This document shows, piece after piece, positions 46,168 to 56,506 of a stretch of 64,000 nt of DNA (positions are counted from its first letter, which is position 1; each line of letters begins with the position of its first letter). Source of the DNA: an uncultured delta proteobacterium (lineage in GTDB: Bacteria; Desulfobacterota; Desulfobaccia; Desulfobaccales; 0-14-0-80-60-11); contig CAVTZS010000009.1 in assembly GCA_963739295.1 (NCBI GenBank), positions 45,948-109,947 of the forward strand. The letters are read 5' to 3'. The notes under the pieces are model-generated. The model was not told where the DNA came from. It worked only from the letters and a program-made list of their open reading frames with translations, and made no database searches. The position numbers were made by a program, and so were the translations under genes.

Positions 46168-47333
46168 AGGCTCTAGTAGTTGACTGCGAATGGAAACCTC
46201 GGGAAGGCTACACCTTAACCGAAGAGGAACGCCTTAACAAGAAAGCTTTCTCTGGCAGCCAGGTATGGAGAAATCCGCATTTCGAGATAAAGGAAGTCCC
46301 GACTCCCAATATAAATGACGACGAAGTTCTCATCAGAGTTAAGGCCTGTGGCATTTGCGGTTCCGATAGCCATCTCTATGAAACAGATAAAGAAGGCTAT
46401 ATTATCTTTTCTGGTCTAGTAAAACTACCCTGCATTTTGGGTCATGAGTTCTCTGGAATTGTTGAAGACGTTGGGGAAAAGGTGGCGAATTTAAAGGTTG
46501 GTGATGTAGTAGCGGTGGAAAGTATTCAATGGTGCGGTTTATGTACTTCCTGCCGCAGCGGCGCGCTAAACCAGTGCAGAAATATAGAGCTCATGGGGTT
46601 AAGTTCTAATGGGGCCTTTGCAGACTACATCGCCGTAAAAGAAAAGTACTGCTGGAAACTAAATAGCTTAAGAGAGCGTTACTCCCATGAAGAGATTTTT
46701 GAAATAGGAGCTCTGATAGAGCCTATTGGCTGTGGGTATAATGGCATATTCATAAGTGGTGAGGGCTTCAAGCCTGGCGAGACCATGGTGGTATATGGCC
46801 TGGGTCCCATTGGCCTAGCCTCCATTGCCTTGGCCAAAATTGCCGGAGCCAGCAAGATCATAGCCTTTGACAAACTTGCCCCGCGCTTGGAGTTAGCCAA
46901 AAGTATGGGGGCGGATTTCGTATTTAATATTGAAGGGTTAGTTAGTGAAAACTCTGGGCCTGGTTACAAGGTTCTGGAATTAACCCACGGGGAAGGAGCT
47001 GATATCCAAATAGAGGCAGCAGGTGATGCCCCGTACACCATTCCAGAGATGGAGAAGGCTACTGCCCCTAACGGAAGGATAATTTATCTGGGCCGGGCCC
47101 AAAGGTCTACTCCCATGTTCTTGGATGCCCTGGTTTCCGGCGCCAATAAAATTGTGGGTGCCCGGGGACACTCCGGATATGGGATATTTCCGAATATCAT
47201 CAGGCTTATTGCCTCGGGTAGACTTGAAGTTAGAGAAATGATTACTGCCAGATATCCCTTTGACAACGTCATAGAGGCGATAGAGAGGTCTTCGCAGAGG
47301 ATTGATGGAAAAATTATGATAAAGATGTCTTAA
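46164..47333 (+). CDS. zinc-dependent medium-chain dehydrogenase (sorbitol/threonine-dehydrogenase-like)
   Basis: 389 aa. GICGSDSHLY, GHEFSGIVEDVG, structural-zinc CGLCTSCRSGALNQC, and VVYGLGPIGLA. ATGA overlap with the ligase gene. Confidence 0.85.
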   Translation: MKALVVDCEWKPREGYTLTEEERLNKKAFSGSQVWRNPHFEIKEVPTPNINDDEVLIRVKACGICGSDSHLYETDKEGYIIFSGLVKLPCILGHEFSGIVEDVGEKVANLKVGDVVAVESIQWCGLCTSCRSGALNQCRNIELMGLSSNGAFADYIAVKEKYCWKLNSLRERYSHEEIFEIGALIEPIGCGYNGIFISGEGFKPGETMVVYGLGPIGLASIALAKIAGASKIIAFDKLAPRLELAKSMGADFVFNIEGLVSENSGPGYKVLELTHGEGADIQIEAAGDAPYTIPEMEKATAPNGRIIYLGRAQRSTPMFLDALVSGANKIVGARGHSGYGIFPNIIRLIASGRLEVREMITARYPFDNVIEAIERSSQRIDGKIMIKMS

Positions 47334-47372
47334 GCGAGGAACAAGTAATCCATACTACGCAGATATATTATT

Positions 47373-48842
47373 ATGCATATACTTCTCCTTAATCCGTCAT
47401 TCTTGAGCCAATATGGCAAATTTTCACGGGAACAGAGGAGTCCTGCTATTACCAAAAGTGGGACACTTTATTATCCCATGTGGCTTTCTTATGCCACAGG
47501 CGTTCTGGAAAAAAATGACTTCCACGCCACATTATTTGATTGCCCTGCTGATAATATCCAAACAAGTGATATAAAAGTATTTGTGAAAAACCATAAACCA
47601 CGCTTAGTAGTAATTGATACCAGTACACCCAGTATTTACGACGACCTGCAGATAGGTGAAATCATAAAGTCAATCAATCCAGATACCTTCATAGTACTTG
47701 TGGGTCCGCACGTTTCAGCACTTCCTGAGGATACCTTGAATTGTAGCCTAGACGTAGATGCGGTGGCAATGCATGAATATGAATACACCCTCTTAGATTT
47801 GGCCAATTCCCTCAAAAATAATACGGATTGGCGAAGCATTCCAGGGCTCTGTTATCGGGTCAATGGAAAGATTATAAGAAACCCCAAGAGAGAATTTATC
47901 AAAGATTTGGATTCCATACCTTTTGTGAGCTCCGTTTACAAAAGGCATCTCAATTACAAAAATTATTTCTACGCTCACAGCCGCTACCCCATCTTAACCA
48001 TAATCACCGGTAGGGGGTGCCCTTACCAATGTATCTACTGCGTCTATCCTCAAACTTTTAGTGGCCGAAAAGTACGATACCGAAGTATAGAAAATGTTGT
48101 GGAAGAAATCGAATTTATCTTAAAGGAGTTCCCAGATGTAAAGGAAGTGATGTTTGAGGACGATACCTTGACTCTTAATAAGAAGAGATGTTTTGAATTT
48201 GCTGAGGAAATTCTGAGACGAAACATTAGATTTAACTGGTCTGCCAATTCGAGAGCCGATGTTGATTTGGAAACCCTGAAGATTTTAAAACGGGCTGGAG
48301 CCAGACTCTTATGCGTGGGAATTGAAAGTGGGGATCAGTTGTTACTGGATAAAATGAAAAAGAATCTTAAATTGGAGCAGGTCAGGCAATTTTTTCAAGA
48401 CGCAAAAAAAGCGGGGATTTTGATTCATGGCTGTTTCTTAGTGGGAGTTCCCGGGGAGACGAAGGAAAGCTTGCAAAAAACTCTCTCCCTGGCAAAGGAA
48501 CTAAATCCCGATACCGCCCAATTCTTTCCGATAATGGTTTATCCTGGTACCGAAGCTTACCACTGGGCCCAGGAGCAAAATTATTTAATAACCAATGACT
48601 TTCGCCAGTGGGTTACTGAAGATGGATTGCATAATTGTGTGATAAGCCGGCCAGGCCTTAGTAATAAAGATTTAGTGGAATTTTGTGATAACTCCAGGAG
48701 AGAATTTTACCTGAGACCTTCTTATATCACTAAAAAGATAATGATGAGCCTTACAAGCTATCATGAGTTTAAAAGGCTAGTTAAAGGAGCTCGATCATTG
48801 TCAAAATTTATTCTTAGAGGAACTACTCAAAGGGAAGGTTAG
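47373..48842 (+). CDS. B12-binding-domain radical SAM protein
   Basis: 489 aa. N-terminal cobalamin-binding-like domain (ILLLNP...VVIDTSTPS...VGPHVSALPE). Radical SAM CX3CX2C in GRGCPYQCIYCVYP. Confidence 0.85.
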   Translation: MHILLLNPSFLSQYGKFSREQRSPAITKSGTLYYPMWLSYATGVLEKNDFHATLFDCPADNIQTSDIKVFVKNHKPRLVVIDTSTPSIYDDLQIGEIIKSINPDTFIVLVGPHVSALPEDTLNCSLDVDAVAMHEYEYTLLDLANSLKNNTDWRSIPGLCYRVNGKIIRNPKREFIKDLDSIPFVSSVYKRHLNYKNYFYAHSRYPILTIITGRGCPYQCIYCVYPQTFSGRKVRYRSIENVVEEIEFILKEFPDVKEVMFEDDTLTLNKKRCFEFAEEILRRNIRFNWSANSRADVDLETLKILKRAGARLLCVGIESGDQLLLDKMKKNLKLEQVRQFFQDAKKAGILIHGCFLVGVPGETKESLQKTLSLAKELNPDTAQFFPIMVYPGTEAYHWAQEQNYLITNDFRQWVTEDGLHNCVISRPGLSNKDLVEFCDNSRREFYLRPSYITKKIMMSLTSYHEFKRLVKGARSLSKFILRGTTQREG

Positions 48843-48944
48843 GCACTAATTAACCTTATTTCTGATCTTCTCAATAATCTGAGCAGAGAGGACAGTCACC
48901 GCTTGCCTGACTCCGGGGAGAGCCAGAGCGCATAATTTAGGGTA

Positions 48945-49925
48945 ATGATGATTTCAGTGGTCATACCTGCTCATAATGAGGAAAAAACTATCGGCAATTG
49001 TCTAAAAGGTTTAATAACGCAAACCATTGACAAAGATAAATACGAAATAATTGTGGTAGACGACGGCTCAACAGATAATACATCCAATATCGTAAGTAAT
49101 TTTCGCGGGGTCAGGCTAATCAGGCAAAATAATCAAGGGCCGGCTGCCGCAAGGAATAAAGGAGCCCAAGAAGCAAAGGGAGAAATTATTTTATTTACTG
49201 ATTCAGATTGTGTCCCTTTCGATAATTGGATTGAAGAGATGGTAAGACCTTTTGACCCAAATTCTGAAGTAGTTGGCGTCAAAGGTGCCTACGAGACAAA
49301 CCAGAGAGAATTAATAGCTCGTTTCGTGCAAATCGAATATGAAGATAAATATGATAAATTAAAAAAGCAAACCTACATTGATTTTATCGACACTTACGCA
49401 GCAGGCTTTAGGCGGAATGTTTTTCTTCAAGCCAATGGATTTAATATGGAATTCCCGATAGCCTGTGCTGAAGATGTAGAACTATCTTACCGTTTAGCAA
49501 ACCGCGGCTATAAAATGGTATTTAACCCGAAGGCCAAAGTGAGTCATTTGCACCCAAGATCCCTTATGGATTATGTAAAGAAGAAATATAAATTTGCATA
49601 TTGGCGGATGTTAGCGATAAAGAAACATCCTAATAAGATATTGAACGATACACATACCCCTCAATCGATGAAAATTCAATTATTGTTCATTCCCTTTCTG
49701 GTAGCTTCTTTTGCTTTTCTTTTTCTTTCTCCAATATCTCTAAAAATAATAATTTCCTTATTAGTTTTATTTTATTTAACAACAATCCCTTTTATCATAA
49801 AAGCAGTAAGAAGGGACTTTGCTATAGGGGTCTTATCACCTTTTTATCTTCTCGTAAGGTCCAGCTCCCAATTTTTGGGAGTAACTAAAGGATTGATGGA
49901 CAACTTATTAAAAATTAAGAAATAA
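48945..49925 (+). CDS. family 2 glycosyltransferase with C-terminal TM segments
   Basis: 326 aa. SVVIPAHNEE, VVDDGSTDNT, and FTDSDC (DxD). Confidence 0.85.
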   Translation: MMISVVIPAHNEEKTIGNCLKGLITQTIDKDKYEIIVVDDGSTDNTSNIVSNFRGVRLIRQNNQGPAAARNKGAQEAKGEIILFTDSDCVPFDNWIEEMVRPFDPNSEVVGVKGAYETNQRELIARFVQIEYEDKYDKLKKQTYIDFIDTYAAGFRRNVFLQANGFNMEFPIACAEDVELSYRLANRGYKMVFNPKAKVSHLHPRSLMDYVKKKYKFAYWRMLAIKKHPNKILNDTHTPQSMKIQLLFIPFLVASFAFLFLSPISLKIIISLLVLFYLTTIPFIIKAVRRDFAIGVLSPFYLLVRSSSQFLGVTKGLMDNLLKIKK

Positions 49926-49941
49926 TTCTGACGTAAAATCA

Positions 49942-50538
49942 ATGTTTAAAAGATCGTTGGATATTATTTTAGCTACCTTTGGGCTGATATTTTTTTCACC
50001 CATTTTTATATTATGTAGTATAATAATATACTTTGGATCACCTGGGCCAATATTCTTTAGGCAAGAAAGATTGGGTAAGGATGGTAAGACTTTCAAAATC
50101 ATAAAATTTAGAACAATGGCAAAAAATGCGGAAAAGATTGTGAGGAACGATCCAGAATTGTACAATCTGTATAAAAAACAATACAAAATCCCCGAGGAAC
50201 AAAATTCATTAATGACTCCTTGGGGGAAAATCATGCGTAAAACCAGTATGGATGAACTACCTCAATTGTTTAATATTTTGAAGGGCAATATGAGTATTGT
50301 AGGGCCCCGGCCGATAGTGCCGGAGGAGATTATGGAATACGGAGCACATGGCCAGAAATTCCTTTCCGTAAAACCAGGGTTAACTGGATATTGGCAGGTT
50401 TCCGGAAGAAATCTGGTAGGCTACCCCCAAAGGGTCTTTTTAGATATGTATTACATCGATCATCAGTCCTTCTGGCTTGATCTTCAAATTATCTTGAAGA
50501 CCTTTCCGGTGGTATTAAAAATGAGAGGCACTCATTAG
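49942..50538 (+). CDS. small monotopic sugar phosphotransferase (PglC/WecA-unrelated 'bacterial sugar transferase' family)
   Basis: 198 aa. KRSLDIILATFGLIFFSPIF...GSPGPIFFRQERLGKDGKTFKIIKFRTM...DELPQLFNILKGNMSIVGPRP. Confidence 0.88.
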   Translation: MFKRSLDIILATFGLIFFSPIFILCSIIIYFGSPGPIFFRQERLGKDGKTFKIIKFRTMAKNAEKIVRNDPELYNLYKKQYKIPEEQNSLMTPWGKIMRKTSMDELPQLFNILKGNMSIVGPRPIVPEEIMEYGAHGQKFLSVKPGLTGYWQVSGRNLVGYPQRVFLDMYYIDHQSFWLDLQIILKTFPVVLKMRGTH

Positions 50539-50788
50539 ATACAATTTCGTAAAGAGATTCCAAAGCATCTTTTACGTCATCTATTAAATTTAAAGCTGCC
50601 TGCGCATAAGATAAATTCAGCTAATATTCCGGTTCTGGCATAAATCCAATAAGAACCAGAGGAGATGCCATTTTCGGTGAAGGTTTCGAGTTAGAGAGAA
50701 TTGTCGATTCGGGTTTGAAGGCTGCCGCTACCTCCTATCTGCCAGCACCACGGTCTCCAGTTTTAACTTATCCCGGGAAATGGTTTGA

Positions 50789-51832
50789 ATGGAGATGATA
50801 ACGGACTCCAGGTTGGTTCCCACTGGCTCTTTGGCCCTGGCCCTAGTTGAGTTGGCGCGGGATTGCCGCCGCTGGTGCTATTGGTACCCCTGGCGGCGTT
50901 TGGTTCAGGTTCTGCCTCATCCCACCCGGCTGGCTGTGGCCCGTGTTCTAGGAAGCCTGTTCTATTGGTCCTCCCCTGCCTGGCGAACCATAACTATGTC
51001 CGAGCTGGACGCCAGCTTTCAACATTGCCCCCCACCTCAGGCCTTTTCGCGCCTGAGCCAATGGGGGGCCAGGCAATTCTACCAGTATCAGCTGGAAGTC
51101 TTTGCCTATCCTTGTCTTAAGCCCAGGGAGATGGAAAAATACTTTCCCCTTGAGGGTCAAAAGCACCTGGACCACGCCCAGCGCCAGGGCCGGGGAGTAT
51201 TGATCCTTCTGTCGCATCTGGGGGCCAATCAAATGATTATGCCGGCCCTGGGTTATCGGGGCTACCACCTCCACCAGATTAGCCGGCCGGCCCGGGCCGA
51301 TAACGATGAGTATGCCGGCCGGCGACTATCCCCTTGTTTCTTGAAAATCATCAATCTCCAGCGCTCCTATGAAGAGTCTTTGCCAGCCCAGCATATCGAT
51401 GTCACCCGGGGCCTGCTGCCAGCGTTTCGCAAGCTAAAGGCCAATGGCATGGTGGCCGTGGCTGGAGATGGCCGTTACGGGTCCGACTGGACGCCGCACC
51501 CTTTTTTAGGGCGGCCCGCCACCTTTTCCCCCGGTCCCTGGCTCATCGCCCATCGCACCGGGGCACCGGTGCTGCCCACTTTTGTCTTGCGGCCCATCCG
51601 CGGGAATATTTATCGAGTGATTATTGAACCGCCGTTGCCCTTGCCCTACGGGGCCGCGATTGAGGAATTTCTGGCTGCTGGCCTGGAGGCTTACATTGGC
51701 CGGCTGGAAGAGTATTTCTATCGCTATCCCTGGCAATACGTGCCGTTTCTGTATCTGGCCCGGCGCTACACCCAAGGCCGGGAAAACCAGTTTTTTCTGG
51801 ATTACCCCTCCGGGGAGATGCCTCAGCCCTAG
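50789..51832 (+). CDS. LpxL/HtrB-like acyltransferase family protein (paralog of 39356..40378)
   Basis: 347 aa. Alignable by eye with the 39356 protein (YPWRRLVQVLPHP vs YPFRWLTRFLPVP; GRGVLILLSHLGANQ vs GRGVILIHAHFGISQ). Confidence 0.65.
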   Translation: MEMITDSRLVPTGSLALALVELARDCRRWCYWYPWRRLVQVLPHPTRLAVARVLGSLFYWSSPAWRTITMSELDASFQHCPPPQAFSRLSQWGARQFYQYQLEVFAYPCLKPREMEKYFPLEGQKHLDHAQRQGRGVLILLSHLGANQMIMPALGYRGYHLHQISRPARADNDEYAGRRLSPCFLKIINLQRSYEESLPAQHIDVTRGLLPAFRKLKANGMVAVAGDGRYGSDWTPHPFLGRPATFSPGPWLIAHRTGAPVLPTFVLRPIRGNIYRVIIEPPLPLPYGAAIEEFLAAGLEAYIGRLEEYFYRYPWQYVPFLYLARRYTQGRENQFFLDYPSGEMPQP

Positions 51833-52087
51833 GCTTTCCCTTGAGACTTCCGAATTTTATCCAGTCTTCTTGGATCGGCCCTGTTGGCAAGTAAATTTTT
51901 TTATATAATAATTCTTAAATTGCCCACCCCACCAGGGGGTGATAGGACTGACTTTGGAGAAATCTCCGGTTAAAGGGAATCTGCAGAGAGGAGATCCTAA
52001 ACTTTATTCTTTTTCCTGCTTTTGGCCCTTGGATGGAAGCTTTGAATCAAGACGAAAACTGCTAAAGGAAGCAACTTCGGGAGTCCT

Positions 52088-53662
52088 ATGCGTGTTCTGC
52101 TGATTCGCCCTCCGTATTCCCGCCTCCGGGGAACTGGCCATCCGGCCTATTTCCCTTTGGGCTTGGGTTATCTGGCCGCGGTCTTGGAGGAGGCGGGATT
52201 TGAGGTAAGTATTTATAACATGGAGCTTGAGGCCAGCCCTGGCAGAACCGAGATTATCAACGACGCCGAGGCCACCTTTTATCAGCGCTCTCAGGAACAG
52301 AAACGCTATTATCAGGCCGTGGCCCAAGATGACCTCCCGGTCTGGAAGGAACTGCAAGGAGTCTTAAATAGCTATAAGCCGGATCTGGTAGGGGTTACCC
52401 TGCTGTCCCCGGAAGTAGCCTCGGCCCGCAAGGTCTCTCAAATAGTCAAAGCCTGGCGGCCAAATTGTTGGGTGATCTGGGGGGGTAACCACCCCACCTT
52501 TCTGCCGGTGGAGTGCCTGGCCTATCCCGAGGTCGATATTGTCGGCCGAGGCGAAGGAGAATACACCCTACTGGAGGTGTCCCAGCGCCTGTCGAAGGGC
52601 CAGGGCCTCAGCGGGGTGGAGGGCATATCCTTCAAATCCAATGGGGATGTCTGTCATAACCCTAACCGCGCCCTGATTCAGAATTTAGATGAGATTCCTT
52701 TCCCGGCCAGGCATCGGCTATTATTCTATGACGAGTTTGACCACAAAAATCTAGGTTGTATGATCATCACCCGGGGCTGTCCCTGGCGTTGCGCTTTTTG
52801 CTCCTCCCGCAATTTCTGGGAGAAAAGAGTTCGATTCCGCTCCGCGGACAATGTGGTGGCCGAACTGCGTCAATTTCAGCAGACTTACGGCATCCGCTTC
52901 ATTATGTTCTGGGACGATTCCTTCAGCATCAATCGGGATATTGTCTGGCAGTATTGTCAGGCGATAATCGACAGCGGCATAGAAGTCATGTGGCGCACCG
53001 CCACTCGGGCCGACCTGGTGACCGAAGAACTGCTGCCTTGGATGAAGCGGGCCGGCTGCACCAAATTGGAGATCGGGGTCGAGACCGGCTCCCCCCGCAT
53101 ACAACGTTTGATTCACAAGGATATTGACAATGCCGACGTGGTCCGGGCCTTCAAGTTGCTAAAAAAAGGGGGTATCCCCGCCGGGGCCTTTTTTATGGCT
53201 GGATTTCCGGAGGAGACCATCGATGACTTGCAGCAGACTTTTGAGCTGATGAAATCCATCCCCTGCCTGGAGATCGCCTTCAACATTTTTGATCCCATGC
53301 CCGGCAGTGAACTTCTGGATACCTGTCAGAACTTAGGGCTGGTTTCGCCTCATCCCGATTGGAGCAATTTCTTGTTCTGGCCTGATAGTCACTTTATGAA
53401 ATACGTCAGCCCGGAAGAGTTTAACCGGCAGGCCTATGCCATGGCAGCCTGGATCTTTGCCCATAATAATCGCTGGATCAATCTGTTGCTCAAACAGGGC
53501 TACTTGGCTTGGTTTCTCCTGAGAAACGACCCCCGATTCCTATTTAAAAAGATCCTCCAGCGATTGAAAAAACGCCTCCAGGTACAGTTCTTGAAAAAAA
53601 CTACAGCCACTTGCCCAGCCGAGACCTTTTGCCTGCCCGGCGGGAGCAGGGAAAGAAAATAG
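52088..53662 (+). CDS. B12-binding-domain radical SAM protein
   Basis: 524 aa. MRVLLIRPPY...FPLGLGYLAAVLEEAGFEV and WGGNHPTF. CX3CX2C in TRGCPWRCAFCSS. Confidence 0.85.
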   Translation: MRVLLIRPPYSRLRGTGHPAYFPLGLGYLAAVLEEAGFEVSIYNMELEASPGRTEIINDAEATFYQRSQEQKRYYQAVAQDDLPVWKELQGVLNSYKPDLVGVTLLSPEVASARKVSQIVKAWRPNCWVIWGGNHPTFLPVECLAYPEVDIVGRGEGEYTLLEVSQRLSKGQGLSGVEGISFKSNGDVCHNPNRALIQNLDEIPFPARHRLLFYDEFDHKNLGCMIITRGCPWRCAFCSSRNFWEKRVRFRSADNVVAELRQFQQTYGIRFIMFWDDSFSINRDIVWQYCQAIIDSGIEVMWRTATRADLVTEELLPWMKRAGCTKLEIGVETGSPRIQRLIHKDIDNADVVRAFKLLKKGGIPAGAFFMAGFPEETIDDLQQTFELMKSIPCLEIAFNIFDPMPGSELLDTCQNLGLVSPHPDWSNFLFWPDSHFMKYVSPEEFNRQAYAMAAWIFAHNNRWINLLLKQGYLAWFLLRNDPRFLFKKILQRLKKRLQVQFLKKTTATCPAETFCLPGGSRERK

Positions 53663-53672
53663 ACCTAGAGCA

Positions 53673-54980
53673 ATGAAAGTTCTGCTACTGCAGCCATACC
53701 TAGGCCGGCGGGAGCTTCCCATCTTTCCCTTAGGCCTGGCCTGCCTGGCAACCCATCTGCCGGAGCACGAACTGCAGTCCCTTGATCTGAACGTGACTTC
53801 CCAGCCCCGGGAAGCCCTGTCCCAGGCCCTTAAGACCTTTGGTCCTGAAGTAGTGCTGATCTCCTTGCGCAATGTTGACACCACCTGGTATGGCGACCCC
53901 TTTTATTATTTTCCCACCTTTCAGGATCAGGTTCGCCAGGTCCGGGCCGCGGCTCCGAAGGCGCGGATCATCGTGGGCGGCTCCGGCTTCAGCATCTTTG
54001 CCCGGGAAATCATGATCCGCACCCCGGAGATTGACCTGGGCGTCGTCGGGGAGGCTGAAGAGGTTATCGTCGACCTGCTGACCCAGCCATTAACCCTTCC
54101 CAATGTTCTCTACCGGGAAGAAGCCGCCTTGGGGGGGAGCGCCCGGGCGGGCATTTCCTCTTTGGAGCATTATCTCCCTCCCCGCTATGATCTTTTCCCC
54201 CTGGGACCATATTTAAATAACCCCATAGGGGTGGGAGTGGAGACCAAAAGAGGTTGTCCCTTAACCTGTTCCTATTGTACCTATCCCCATCTAAACGGTC
54301 AGCGCTTCCGTCTCATCCGGCCGTCGGTTATCGTCAGCCTGTTGGGTGAACTTAAGGAGCGGCACGGGGTAACGAGATTTACCTTTACTGATTCCATCTT
54401 TAATATGCCCCGGGCTCATGCGGAAAAGGTGCTCCAACTGCTTATTGCCGCCAAACTGGGGCTTAAGTGGGAGGCCTACTTCCATGAGAGCCATTTTGAC
54501 GCGGACTTCTTAAACTTGAGCCTAGAGGCGGGTTGCGACAAATTCTGGTTTTCCCCGGATGGGCTTACCTCCCATGCTTTGCGGGCCCTGGGAAAAGAGC
54601 AAACTGCCGCGGAAGTCAGGCGGACCTGGCGTTTGGTCACCGCCAGGAAAGAAGTTAGCTCCAATTTCAGTTTCTTTTGGCAATATCCCGGAATGCGTTG
54701 GCGGGACTTTGGGGCCCTGGTGAGCTTTTACCTGTGGCATCGCCTCCACGGCCGCCAGGGCACGGTCATAACTTTTAACAAAATTCGCATCGAACCTGGG
54801 ACTTCCATTAGAGCCCAAGCGGTGGCCGAGGGATTGATCGGGGCTGATGACCCCCTTTTGCCAAGGCAACCCTCTGAGATGCTGGGAATGTTTTATCACC
54901 AGCCGCGGCCTGGATTTATCGATTGGAGTTATGATTTGTTACTGATGTTAAAGCGGTGCCACTTAGCTAACTCTCCATGA
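53673..54980 (+). CDS. B12-binding-domain radical SAM protein
   Basis: 435 aa. MKVLLLQPY...FPLGLACLATHL and VGGSGFSIF. CX3CX2C in KRGCPLTCSYCTYP. Confidence 0.8.
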   Translation: MKVLLLQPYLGRRELPIFPLGLACLATHLPEHELQSLDLNVTSQPREALSQALKTFGPEVVLISLRNVDTTWYGDPFYYFPTFQDQVRQVRAAAPKARIIVGGSGFSIFAREIMIRTPEIDLGVVGEAEEVIVDLLTQPLTLPNVLYREEAALGGSARAGISSLEHYLPPRYDLFPLGPYLNNPIGVGVETKRGCPLTCSYCTYPHLNGQRFRLIRPSVIVSLLGELKERHGVTRFTFTDSIFNMPRAHAEKVLQLLIAAKLGLKWEAYFHESHFDADFLNLSLEAGCDKFWFSPDGLTSHALRALGKEQTAAEVRRTWRLVTARKEVSSNFSFFWQYPGMRWRDFGALVSFYLWHRLHGRQGTVITFNKIRIEPGTSIRAQAVAEGLIGADDPLLPRQPSEMLGMFYHQPRPGFIDWSYDLLLMLKRCHLANSP

Positions 54981-55015
54981 GGCGGCTTTTTTCTTTGTTA
55001 AGGGCCTAAAGGGAC

Positions 55016-56395
55016 ATGGGCATGAAAATCTTGTTAACCGTGCCATTGCCGAGCTTGATCTCGGGGCCCTTTCCGATTCTTCCCGACCTGGGTCTGGGTT
55101 ACCTGGCCACCCACCTGGAAACCCAGGGCCATGATGTGACCATCCATGACTGGAATAGTCTCCTTTCACCCCAGGAGTTTAAATCCTACCTCGGACGACT
55201 GGCACCCATAGTTGTGGGTATTAAGGTTTTTACCTTCAATATTCCTGCGGTTATTGCTACCCTGGAGCTAATTCGCCAAGCCTGCCCCACGGCCCAGATC
55301 GTTCTGGGAGGCCCCCATATTTCTGCGACTGACCCGGAAGAAATCTTCGTTGATTTTCCTCAGGCTTCCTATGCCTTCCGGGGAGAAGCGGAAACTAGCC
55401 TGCCCCGATTGGTGGCTTATCTGGAGGGAAAACCAGAAAACCTCGAGGCCATACCTGGATTAATATGGCAACAAGATGGACAACTAAAGAGCAATCAGAT
55501 CTGCTGGGAAGACCATCTTGACCTATTGGGTCTTCCAGCTTGGCCTAAGATCGATCCACGTCGCTATCGCCCAGATCCCATAATGCCAGGGGTGAGCGGA
55601 CCAAATGCACCCGTCATCATGACCCGGGGCTGCCCGGGCAGTTGTGGCTTTTGTAGTGTTCACCGCATCAGCGGGAAAAAAGTCCGGACCAGATCGCCAG
55701 ACAGGCTATTGGACGAGATCGAATATCTGGTAAAAGAATTCCAAATTCGCCAACTCATGTTTATGGATACTAACTTTCTTTATAACCGTGATCTTGCCGC
55801 CTTGGTGTGCGAAGGACTTATCCGCCGCGGGCTTAACCTCGAGTGGGACTGCGTAAGCGATGTCTCCTGGTATAAATGTGATCCCAGCCTTTATCACCTC
55901 ATGGCGCGGGCTGGCTGCCAAATGATGCAAATTGGCATTGAGTCCGGCTCTGACCGGATACGTCAGTTGATTGGACAGTATGAAACCGTCCAGGAGGTGC
56001 GACGACAAATTGATCATATTAAGCAGGCCGGGATCAAGGTCCGGGGGTGGTTTTTGCTGGGCTTTCCTGAGGAAACCAGGGAAGATATGTGGCAGACCAT
56101 CAGATTGGCCTTCTCTCTGAAGCTCTTTGCCTTCGATATTAATCTTTGTTATCCTTTACCGGGAACTAATATCTATAATTGGCTCAGGGAGCATTATCAG
56201 ATTCCCCGAATAGACTGGGCAACCTTTGATATCCGAACGTCTCCTTACCCTCTCAGTCGCCTTTCTTCCAGCGAGTTGACCCGGTTATGGCGAACGGTGC
56301 AAATGCGAATTTTCTGGAATCCTCGAACCCTGATGCGAAAGGTGGCCTCCCGGATTCGCACTAAACTGCCGGTAGTTAATACTTTAAGGCATTAG
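55016..56395 (+). CDS. B12-binding-domain radical SAM protein
   Basis: 459 aa. LGLGYLATHLETQGHDV and LGGPHISA. CX3CX2C in TRGCPGSCGFCSV. Confidence 0.85.
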   Translation: MGMKILLTVPLPSLISGPFPILPDLGLGYLATHLETQGHDVTIHDWNSLLSPQEFKSYLGRLAPIVVGIKVFTFNIPAVIATLELIRQACPTAQIVLGGPHISATDPEEIFVDFPQASYAFRGEAETSLPRLVAYLEGKPENLEAIPGLIWQQDGQLKSNQICWEDHLDLLGLPAWPKIDPRRYRPDPIMPGVSGPNAPVIMTRGCPGSCGFCSVHRISGKKVRTRSPDRLLDEIEYLVKEFQIRQLMFMDTNFLYNRDLAALVCEGLIRRGLNLEWDCVSDVSWYKCDPSLYHLMARAGCQMMQIGIESGSDRIRQLIGQYETVQEVRRQIDHIKQAGIKVRGWFLLGFPEETREDMWQTIRLAFSLKLFAFDINLCYPLPGTNIYNWLREHYQIPRIDWATFDIRTSPYPLSRLSSSELTRLWRTVQMRIFWNPRTLMRKVASRIRTKLPVVNTLRH

Positions 56396-56506
56396 AGAAC
56401 CAAAGATAGGACAGTTGGTTTCCACAACATTGACAACCTTTGCATCGTATTTATTAAGATCCTTTGGTGTAAAGATCAGTCTTAATTTATGGTCTGGGAG
56501 TTACCG

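Noticed and set aside
51980-52087. 10-codon mini-ORF (MEALNQDENC) just upstream of the first clustered B12-radical SAM gene, considered as a possible RiPP precursor.
   Set aside because: It has no Shine-Dalgarno sequence, is very short and has no leader-like sequence. It cannot be distinguished from chance.
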